Positions 38,034 to 46,685 of a stretch of DNA of 46,685 bases are shown here, in pieces. Made by a program: the position numbers and the translations under genes. Under the pieces are notes generated by a model. The model made no database searches. It was not told where the DNA came from and was given only the letters and a program-made list of their open reading frames with translations. The stretch is from Octopus bimaculoides (taxonomy: Eukaryota), in contig NC_068984.1 of the NCBI RefSeq assembly GCF_001194135.2, forward strand, positions 107,572,202 to 107,618,886, given 5' to 3'. Each line of letters opens with the position of its first letter. Within the stretch, counting starts at the first letter, position 1.

Positions 38034-38326
38034 GTTATTGTAGGTGCACTAGATATAATTTTAAAAAGGGATATCAGAAACATCTAGATAAGATCCTAGG
38101 ACAACCATGTCTCAGAGAAATCCAAAAGATTGTACTGACAAGTACTGCCCATATACTTAGAAAAACCCTATCCATTTAAATGTCTGTATTGTATTACATG
38201 AAAATATTTCGCTACTTCCCCTCCCCAGGGTTTCAGTCACACTGTAACATCTCTAATCCATCACTCGCCCCAGGACACTGAGTGTCTCTCGGCAAAGAAG
38301 TGTAACAAACATGCAGAGAAAAAGTA
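38034..38326 (+). mobile_element. 3' end of an R4/Dong-like (REL) LINE with 3'UTR
   Basis: VIVGAL (frameshift) KGYQKHLDKILGQPCLREIQKIVLTSTAHILRKTLSI* resembles the conserved C-terminus of R4/Dong-like ORFs. ~150 nt UTR, then (TAA)n tail. Confidence 0.72.
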
Positions 38327-38509
<183 letters not shown>

Positions 38510-38722
38510 CCTTTCTACTTTAAGCAAAAGGTCTGAAATTTAGAGGAGGGGTTGGGTCGATTTCATTGATCCTAGTGATCCACTGGTACTTATATTATCA
38601 ACCCCGAAATGATGAAAGGAAAAGTCGACCGCAGTGGAGTTTGAGCTCAGAACGTCTTTAAGACAGATGAAATGCCGCTAAGCATTTTCCCGGCGTGCTA
38701 ACGATTCTGCTAGCTCGCTACC
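38510..38722 (-). mobile_element. tRNA-derived SINE (1487-family), full length
   Basis: Reverse complement reads ggtagcgagctagcagaatcgttagcacgccgggaaaatgcttagcggc..ttctgagctcaaactcc..gtcgacttttcctttcatc..gataatataagtaccag..gaccttttgct..gaaaggattatt. Confidence 0.85.
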
Positions 38723-38745
38723 TTTAACATTTCCAATAGAACAAT

Positions 38746-39071
38746 CTTCACGCAGTTTTGAGGATAGAGTGGAAGGACTATACTACCAATGGAGAGGTTC
38801 CGCTTTGGGCTGGACTGCCCAGCATTGAAGCTGTCATAGAACGATACCGTCTCCACTGGTCGGAACACGTCATATGTATACCACCAACGCACCTCTCCTG
38901 TCAATCCCTTTTTTACTGTTGATCTTAGTTACTAGACCATGCTGAGCCTCCAAATTCCGTTTTAGAGACCGGCTCAAGGCCACTCTACGTCGCTGCTCCA
39001 GGCTCTTCTGTACCAACCTTGGCCTGAATAGTCACCTCAGGCACCATCACCCTTCGTACACGTCAATATGA
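38746..39071 (+). mobile_element. RTE-clade LINE 3' relic (RT C-terminus plus terminal C2H2 finger), internally deleted
   Basis: LHAVLRIEWKDYTTNGEV..AGLPSIEAVIERYRLHWSEHV, then KFRFRDRLKATLRRC joined to SRLFCTNLGLNSHLRHH. Confidence 0.78.
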
Positions 39072-39159
39072 AGAGGTTCAATCATTAGCTACAGATTGAT
39101 CTACTGCACGGGCACAAGTTAATGTCAATGATGTATATATATGTATATATATACATACA

Positions 39160-39195
<36 letters not shown>

Positions 39196-40231
39196 TATAT
39201 ATATANNNNNNNNNNNNNNNNNNNNNNNNNNNNNNNNNNNNNNNNNNNNNNNNNNNNNNNNNNNNNNNNNNNNNNNNNNNNNNNNNNNNNNNNNNNNNNN
39301 NNNNNNNNNNNNNNNNNNNNNNNNNNNNNNNNNNNNNNNNNNNNNNNNNNNNNNNNNNNNNNNNNNNNNNNNNNNATATATGTGCATATGTATATGTACA
39401 TGCATCTATAAGTATATATATATATATATTCATATGTGGGCAGAGGATGTCATGGAATGTGTACAACAAAAAATATGAATTACGAGTACATGGAATATGA
39501 ACTATTTTTTCGAACAACGAAAGATGCAAATGGAAAACAAGACAAATAACATAAAGAGCGACCCTTCATCAGTTGTTGGCTGTTTTATCTACTCTCCTAT
39601 TTCGAGCATTTAACAACAATTTATGCTTTCGATAAAACAGTTGCTCCCACAAAGCAAATTAAATAAAATTTGGGATTTTACGGAGGGTCAAAATTGATAA
39701 CACAAACAGGACAGTGAAAACAAACAGGAAGGGCTGCTAAGCCTAAGCGAGGATGTGGTGGCGAACGCGTAAATGAAGCTTGGACAGGAGACAGAGAAGA
39801 ACACGTCTTCCTTGTTCCAGCTACAACGGAGTGAAAGAAAGAAACACAAGTTACGAGAAGAAAGAAAAATGGCCGATGGTCACGTGAGAGCCATGTGAGC
39901 AAGGGAGGAGGAGTGAGGGAGGGAGAGTGACAGAGTAATAGGATAGAATAGTGGGAGCAGAGGAGGTAAAAGAATAAGAGAAAGAAAGAAATAAAAACGA
40001 AAGAGTAAAAAGTTGCTATAGAGTGCGCATCAGAATTAAAATAAAACTTACTTATACATATATATGTATTTTTGTTTGTATGTGTATGTATATATTTACC
40101 TATGCACCGATATATGAATGTGTGTGTGTATAATATTCCTTTGGACTTTTGAGGTTATGTTCTACCCCATGGTTTTAGGAATAAGTTCGGAGGTTATTAG
40201 AATTTAGTGTAAAATTATGTCCAAGTTAGAT

Positions 40232-40427
40232 TCTCTCTTTTACTCTCGTTTACTCGTTTCAGTCATTTGACTGCGGCCATGCTGGAGCATCGCCTAGCTT
40301 ATTCTTTGTAAGCCTAGTACTTATTCTATCGGTCTCTTTTGCTGAACACTGCTAAGTTACGGTGACGTAAACACACCAGCATCGGTTGTCAAGCGATGCT
40401 GGGGGGGGGAGACAAACAGACACACAA

Positions 40428-40494
<67 letters not shown>

Positions 40495-40652
40495 CGACGG
40501 GCTTCTTCCAGTTTCCGTCTACCAAATCCACCTACAAGGCTTTGTTCAGCCCGAGACTATAGTAGAAGACACTTGCCCAAGGTGCCACGCAGTGGGACTA
40601 AACGTGGAACCATGTAGTTGGTAAGCAAGCTACTTACCACATGGCCACTCCT
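40232..40652 (-). mobile_element. CORE-like tRNA SINE, near full length (family of 28217-28606)
   Basis: Reverse complement: ggagtggccatgtggtaagtagcttgcttaccaactacatgg..agtcccactgcgtggcaccttgggcaagtgtcttctactatag..(TA)(TG)n..gctccagcatggccgcagtcaaatgactgaaac. Confidence 0.88.
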
Positions 40653-41069
40653 ACTAATGAATAGCAGAAAACGCTTAAGTAATATGTCCTTTTTGTATTG
40701 GTTATATCCAAACGTAAAATAACATGAAGTCAGTAGATCGTCTCACATATTAAAAAAACACGACTTCCTGAGCATCCTCCAACATTTACTATTCAAAAGG
40801 GTTTTTCAACTCAACAGTTGCATGCTACTATTTATAGCTTTATATGCTTAACTTTGCAAAATTCTTATGATGCTAATAGCTTACAATTCTCGCTGGTAGA
40901 AATAACGTTTTGAAAACGGAAAGAGAAATTTGAAGGAGAACACTTTTGATGTACAACTTCATGGTTTTCCGAAGTTTCAAGTTTAGTTTGAAGGATAGCG
41001 GGAGGTTAGTAGGCGAGGTAATATATTTTATGAAAAGAATGGCTTGTTAAAGGAGAATTTTAGACTTAC

Positions 41070-41096
41070 TTGGTGCTGGAGTTGTTGGTGGTGCGG
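41070..41096 (-). CDS. Exon B (27 nt microexon, phase 1-1): Pro/Thr-rich linker TAPPTTPAP
   Basis: Acceptor tttatctttttcag|CC, donor CCA A|gtaagt. Joins exons A and C in frame; linker-like composition. Confidence 0.82.
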
Positions 41097-41209
41097 CTGA
41101 AAAAGATAAAACGATATCAAATATTAATGCAGAGATATTTCATGTATGTACGTATTCGGGTATGTTTTTAGTATACTTATCTGCGTAGGCATGTATATAT
41201 ATATATACG

Positions 41210-41816
41210 TGGGATCTTTTTTAAAACGGGGGCCACATTTTTCATGAACGAAACACTTTGAAACTTGGAACACTGGTAGAATGTGTCATATAAAACATCT
41301 TTTTCTCTTAGTCTTCTTAAAAAAAAAAGAAATCCATAAATTATTCCATGTTAAAGTTGTCGTATTTCTGTAATTTCAACCAATCACTGACGTCCATTCA
41401 GCCGATATACATTAAGTGCCGATTACATAAACAAACGATTCTGAAACAATTAATCCTAACCCTAACCCTAACTCTAACCCTATCCCTAACCCTAGGGTTA
41501 GGGTTAGGGTTAGGGTTAGGGTTAAAGCAAATTTAAAATGAAAAAAGCAAATAAAACGAAGGTATGGAGATTAAATACGCTTTACATCGCTTAATCATCC
41601 AAAGGAGTAAATATAAACAACTGAATACTTGTCAGTGATTGGTTGAAATTATCGAAATAAGACAATTTTTTACATGAAATAAATTCGAATACAAAAATAT
41701 TTTTCTGTTCTATAACACAAAATAGATAAGTATACGAAGTTTGAAAGTCTTTCGGTACCAAAAACACTACGTAAAACATTAATGAAAAATGTGGCCACGT
41801 TTTAAAAAAGATCCTA
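41210..41816. mobile_element. MITE-like element with ~35 bp TIRs, internal 22 bp inverted repeat and central telomeric palindrome
   Basis: Left ggatcttttttaaaacgggggccacatttttcat vs right atgaaaaatgtggccacgttttaaaaaagatcc. Internal gtaatttcaaccaatcactgac / gtcagtgattggttgaaattat. No ORF. Confidence 0.82.
41455..41524. repeat. Interstitial telomeric palindrome (CCCTAA)~6-(TTAGGG)~5 centred on CCTAGG
   Basis: cctaaccctaaccctaactctaaccctatccctaaccct|agggttagggttagggttagggttagggtta. Confidence 0.95.
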
Positions 41817-42149
41817 TACGTGTGTGTGTGTGTGTGTGTGAGAGATAGAGAGAGAGAGAGAGAGTGTATGTATGTTTGTGTGTGTGTATGTATGTATGTG
41901 TTTATTTATAAGAATGCAAATATGTGTGCATTTGTGTGTATAAGTATTCAGATGTGTGCGAGATTATATTTACGTATATATATGCATACATATACATATA
42001 TATCCATCTATATCTGTATGCGTATATATCCATATATAATATATATGCATACATGCGCGTGCGTGCACACATACAAATACACAGACACACCCATGCACAA
42101 ACACACAAGCACGCATATTCATACACACATATATATACACGCGTGTAAG

Positions 42150-42770
42150 TCAAAAGTTATCCGCACTTTAGCCGTAACTTCTCTTTATCATCGTCACAGT
42201 GCCTTCTGCGAATGCGTGCTTATAGCTGGTACAATTGTGGTCACATGATCGAAGCTTGAGCCTGATCACACCATTTTTCTTTTTGGCTATGCAGTGTGAG
42301 CATGGCCGCTCCACTAGCAATGTACACCAAAGAAGAACAAAGAGCAGTGATCCGAGAGATGGTAATGGTGAACCGGTTCACCGCTACCATCTCTCGTACA
42401 TGCAGAATCTTGTCAGTGGTGGAGGTGGACGGGCGTCCTGCTCCCTCTTCGAGCGTTACACCTTTCCGGCCACTTTTAAACTCTCCATTCACTCATACGC
42501 ACTTCTACGCGGTGGTGCACTGTCTCCGTATTGTGCTAAAAGTCGCAGATGAATTTCAACGCCTGACACCTTCCGACTAGAAAATCAGATCATCGCTCCT
42601 TGTTCTTCTTTGGTGCTCATCGTTAATGAAGCAACCATGAAAGAAAAATGGCGCAATCAGGCTCAAGCTTCGATCACGTGACCACAATAGTATCGGCTAT
42701 AAGCATGCATGCGCAAAAGGTGGTGTGACAATAATAAGGATATATTACGGCGAAAGTGTGGATAATTATT
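42150..42770 (-). mobile_element. Fold-back mariner derivative made of two 5' ends (arms ~42150-42352 and ~42588-42770) around a transposase N-terminal fragment
   Basis: Minus strand: MVASLTMSTKEEQGAMI..EIHLRLLAQYGDSA..FKSGRKGVT.EEGAGRPSTSTTDKILHVREMV (mariner HTH region). The plus-strand arm restarts MAAPLAMYTKEEQRAVIR. 44 bp palindrome at 42353-42396. Confidence 0.85.
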
Positions 42771-43318
42771 TATTTTTCCTCTTATAAAGCTGTACAAAAT
42801 AATATGTAAACATTGAATACAAAAAAGCATTTGAATACAAAAATAAACGAAGCCTGCCTATGAAACTATTGGGTCAAAGCTAGCCTTCAATTTCATAAGA
42901 ATTTGTAAACATTCGAGAGAACGTAAAATAATTATTTTTGGACTATTGAATGGATGACGGAGCACACCACATAAAGCTATAAATAGCGTTATGTCATGCG
43001 TCTCGAGATCCACTATTCTGAAAGAGAATTATTTCAGGTCCCTTCTTAAATTCGTAAATTCTCAATACCTCAGCAACGTACAATTCTTGCTGCTAAAATT
43101 AAACGCCCAGGCTACTTTGGCCTAATAGCAGAACCGTTGTCATAATTACAGGTTATATGGGTTGAAGTCCCATAGGCAGGATTCGTTTTTCTTTCTATCC
43201 AAATTTATTTTTGTACCCAATGTTTATATAGTTTTGTATAGCTTTATGTGATCTGCCACGAGATCCAATGTTATAAACAAGAATTAATATGTATGTATAC
43301 ATACACACACACACACAC

Positions 43319-43363
<45 letters not shown>

Positions 43364-43599
43364 NNNNNNNNNNNNNNNNNNNNNNNNNNNNNNNNNNNNN
43401 NNNNNNNNNNNNNNNNNNNNNNNNNNNNNNNNNNNNNNNNNNNNNNNNNNNNNNNNNNNNNNNNNNNNNNNNNNNNNNNNNNNNNNNNNNNNNNNNNNNN
43501 NNNNNNNNNNNNNNNNNNNNNNNNNNNNNNNNNNNNGATTACGATGAAGACGACGGTATCAACAATACAAGCGATGAATGTCACATAATTTGTACTTAC

Positions 43600-43749
43600 T
43601 TGGGCAGGCTTGTTGATTGCAGGCTTTTGTTTCGGTAGTATTTCCATAACATTTTTTGAGAAGACATGTTCGGGTGCGGTTGGTAAACCCAGTGTTGCAC
43701 GAAGCTGAACATGGACTCCAAGGGGTCCAATCCCCAAACTGGCGTTTAG
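43600..43749 (-). CDS. Exon A (150 nt, phase 1-1): thrombospondin type-1 repeat (TSP1/TSR)
   Basis: Acceptor ttttaccag|CT and donor CCA A|gtaagt. Translates xKRQFGDWTPWSPCSASCNTGFTNRTRTCLLKKCYGNTTETKACNQQACP: WxxWxxC, CSxSC, RxR and six Cys are TSR hallmarks. Confidence 0.92.
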
Positions 43750-43804
43750 CTGGTAAAACCAAATTTTAGTCTCAATTATTTCTTATATTTATATCATGTT
43801 TAGA

Positions 43805-43907
<103 letters not shown>

Positions 43908-43968
43908 GCTGAGTGATTGATCTATAAATAGATGTGATTGACTGGTTATGGATATACATATATGTGGC

Positions 43969-43999
<31 letters not shown>

Positions 44000-44124
44000 T
44001 GTATTGTTATCCAGAAAACACAGGATGGCACGTAAGGTTATGTAAGTGCTACGTTAGGACCGTAGGGAGATTCTCGGTTCGATAATACGAGTGAGGAGTC
44101 TAATGCGGGTCTTGTGTGAACATG

Positions 44125-44672
44125 TATATATTAAATAAAATAAGACAACAAAACAAAGGCTGTGTGGAATTTATAGGAGATTTATAAAGAGAAAGGTAGT
44201 CTTACAGCTGTTTCAGGGATAAGAAGGACATATATTCATCAGAGACGATATGAGAAAGTTAAAGAAAGGGAAATAGTAGAATTCAATATAAGGAGTTATT
44301 TTGGAAAAAAGATGGATATAGAAAATATAAAGTGATATAGGAGAATAAAAATAAAAGTAAAAATGTATGTGGGATGTTACAATTGAAGTTTCATTATCCA
44401 AGGGAAGTTCTGCGTAGAATGGATATAAATGCTTCTTGTCCATGATATGTATATTACGAAAGAGTTCGTATTTTGTTATTACGAGTGTATAGTATGGTGA
44501 CATAAATTCCATATGCAGTTCATTCAAAGGTGTCTTGTGGTATGAACATCGTCTCTGATGAAGGGATACCCCTAATATCCCAGAAACAGCTGTAAAACTA
44601 CCTTCCTCTTTATAGATGTCCTATAAATTCCACACAGCCTTGGTTTTGTTGTCTCATTTTATTTAATATATA
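44125..44672. mobile_element. Element with 125 bp inverted arms (44125-44249, 44548-44672), each with a hammerhead-like core; Penelope pLTR-like
   Basis: About 15 mismatches in 125 positions; ~300 bp AT-rich spacer; (TA)n at the outer ends. Confidence 0.85.
44551..44598 (+). ncRNA. Type-I hammerhead ribozyme motif, partly mutated
   Basis: GUCU-CUGAUGA-A-GGGAUA(ccccuaa)UAUCCC-A-GAA-ACAGCUGU-A|AAAC: 6 bp stem II, palindromic stem III, GUA site. The mirror arm keeps the stem I partner AGAC and the U closing stem II. Confidence 0.58.
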
Positions 44673-44701
44673 TATATATATGTGTGTGTGTGTGTTTGTG
44701 T

Positions 44702-44776
<75 letters not shown>

Positions 44777-44809
44777 TGTATATGATGACTCTTCTGTTGA
44801 AGATGATGT

Positions 44810-45020
44810 ATAAGCTTTGAGTTTTTGCTAAACGACCTGCACAAATGATTTTATAGTGATCGAATGTATTTGCAGTACATTAGCTCACTCTCTCCATCAA
44901 ATTGACATTGTCTGGACAGGTGCACGGTGTGCCATATGCTAGGTTTCGAAGTGATCAGAAAGCGTCCTGAGAATTGAAAAAATGATCGCAACACCATAAC
45001 CACTAGGCCATTCGCCCTCA
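44810..45020 (-). mobile_element. Diverged copy of the SINE family at 32360-32650
   Basis: A-box TGGCCTAGTGG; body ggcacaccgtgcacc..aatgtcaatttgatggag..gag..cattcgatcac..aaaatcatttgtg aligns with the 32.4-32.5 kb copy. Confidence 0.6.
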
Positions 45021-45485
45021 AACAACTTTTCAGTTATGTTACGCACGTTTCCTTAAAATAGTTATTCATGTCATTTTTAATATATTACATTATAAAACAA
45101 CAAAACCTGACCATTTCATGAGATATTATTGCGCAATCAAAAACATAAAACCATTATATAGAAACGTATGTTACAACTGAACAATTGCCTCCGTTCATAT
45201 ACATTTATTATTATTATCATTAATATTATTTTACACCGCGTTAAATGTGTAGTGTATTATTATTAATACGTTAAATTTAGAGACTGCTTAATGTCATGAA
45301 TTAAGTGGTTACTATTACATTATCTGTTTAATTGATTGGTTAATAGATTTGAGTATCGTTGGTTATCATTCGAAGTACACCGTTAGCCATATACACGCAG
45401 GAGTGTTACTGAGCTAATGGTCTGGCTCACAGAAGTCATCTGCTACTTGATTTCTATACTATATATTTATATATATACACATACA

Positions 45486-45542
<57 letters not shown>

Positions 45543-45779
45543 NNNNNNNNNNNNNNNNNNNNNNNNNNNNNNNNNNNNNNNNNNNNNNNNNNNNNNNNNN
45601 NNNNNNNNNNNNNNNNNNNNNNNNNNNNNNNNNNNNNNNNNNNNNNNNNNNNNNNNNNNNNNNNNNNNNNNNNNNNNNNNNNNNNNNNNNNNNNNNNNNN
45701 NNNNNNNNNNNNNNNNNNNNNNNNNNNNNNNNNNNNNNNNNNNNNNNNNNNNNNNNNNNNNNNNNNNNNNNNNNNNNNN

Positions 45780-45891
45780 AGAAGAAGAAGAAGAAGAAGA
45801 AGAAGAAGAAGAAGAAGAAGAAGAAGAAGAAGAAGAAGAAGAAGAAGAAGAAGAAGAAGAAGAAGAAGAAGAAGAAGAAGAAGAAGAAGAA
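45780..45891. repeat. (AAG)n microsatellite abutting a gap
   Basis: Directly visible. Confidence 0.97.
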
Positions 45892-46487
45892 ATGGAGAGA
45901 TATTGCTTTTTGGTTGTATTTACTTCTGTGTGATCATATTATTATGGTAACAAAAAAGTTGCTGTGCATACAGTAAAACAGATTATATGCTGAAATCATT
46001 ATACAATGTAAGACAATAGTTATTTGTTTGCTGAATAGAAACACACCCCTCTCCCATTTTACATCTTTAATACTGAATCATCTTACTTTCAGAAAATATA
46101 AAATAAAAATAAGCAATGCTTTAATAAAAGCTTTAAAAATATTAATCATGTGATACGAAGCCATCGTAAACACGTAATATATTTAGAAAACAGTTCAGAT
46201 TTTGATGAATTGTATTCATAGTATCGATCAGATAAGGACATTATATTAAATTGATACTTATTTCTTACGTAAGCAGAAAGGTCTAAATATGTTTATACCG
46301 ACGTTATATAATCTCAAAAAGGAAAGTGAATAATTCTTCAACTACAGATGATGCACAAACGCACGTTCAATTATACACGCATAAACATACAAATATATGT
46401 GTGTATGTACGTATGTATATATATATATATGTATGTATGAATGTATTTATGTATATATATATATATATGCATGCATACATACATACA

Positions 46488-46520
<33 letters not shown>

Positions 46521-46649
46521 GCTATGTATGTGTCTGTATATAGGGAGCTTGCCTCCCTTGTCAGTAAATGAGACGGTCCGTTATTGTGGCTATAAGTTGC
46601 TCTGACTCATATTTCTAGCAATACTGGTGCTGAATATCATCTTCAGTCG

Positions 46650-46685
<36 letters not shown>

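Noticed and set aside
39490-39960. CUGAUGAAGGG on the minus strand (39566-39572) in a GC-richer, repeat-like segment
   Set aside because: No paired stem II leading to GAAA. It may be a decayed PLE terminus but cannot be supported from this copy.
41455-41524. Ancient telomere-telomere chromosome fusion site
   Set aside because: The order is (CCCTAA)n-(TTAGGG)n, opposite to a fusion; the tract is short and sits inside a TIR-bounded element.
44885-44940. Possible exon upstream of TSP1 (IWHTVHLSRQCQFDGE)
   Set aside because: The sequence aligns with the body of the SINE at 32.4-32.5 kb and the acceptor is weak.

Overview
AT-rich, microsatellite-dense, gapped animal genomic DNA. The SINE families, mariner/Penelope/RTE relics and repeat style point to an octopus or related cephalopod (inference). 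One protein-coding gene can be reconstructed on the minus strand from ten exons with GT-AG boundaries: 43600-43749, 41070-41096, 28645-29211, 27078-27116, 24823-24960, 22354-22776, 20881-20910, 18046-18609, 15095-15121, 13001-13108 (2073 nt, 691 codons, open throughout). It encodes a probably secreted TSP1-VWA-VWA-VWA-ShKT protein. Every intron is phase 1 and each inter-domain linker is its own 27-39 nt microexon. The first (signal peptide) exon and the terminal exon were not found. The introns and downstream region are packed with tRNA-derived SINEs, mariner, pogo, RTE, R4-like and Penelope-like relics. There are five long fold-back structures: two carry Penelope-type hammerhead ribozyme motifs, one is a MITE-like element with a (CCCTAA)n-(TTAGGG)n palindrome at its core, one is a mariner fold-back, and one is a SINE-containing inverted duplication. 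Most ORFs in the supplied track are microsatellite or N-gap artefacts. No rRNA, true tRNA gene or CRISPR array was seen. Repeat boundaries were set by eye and are approximate.
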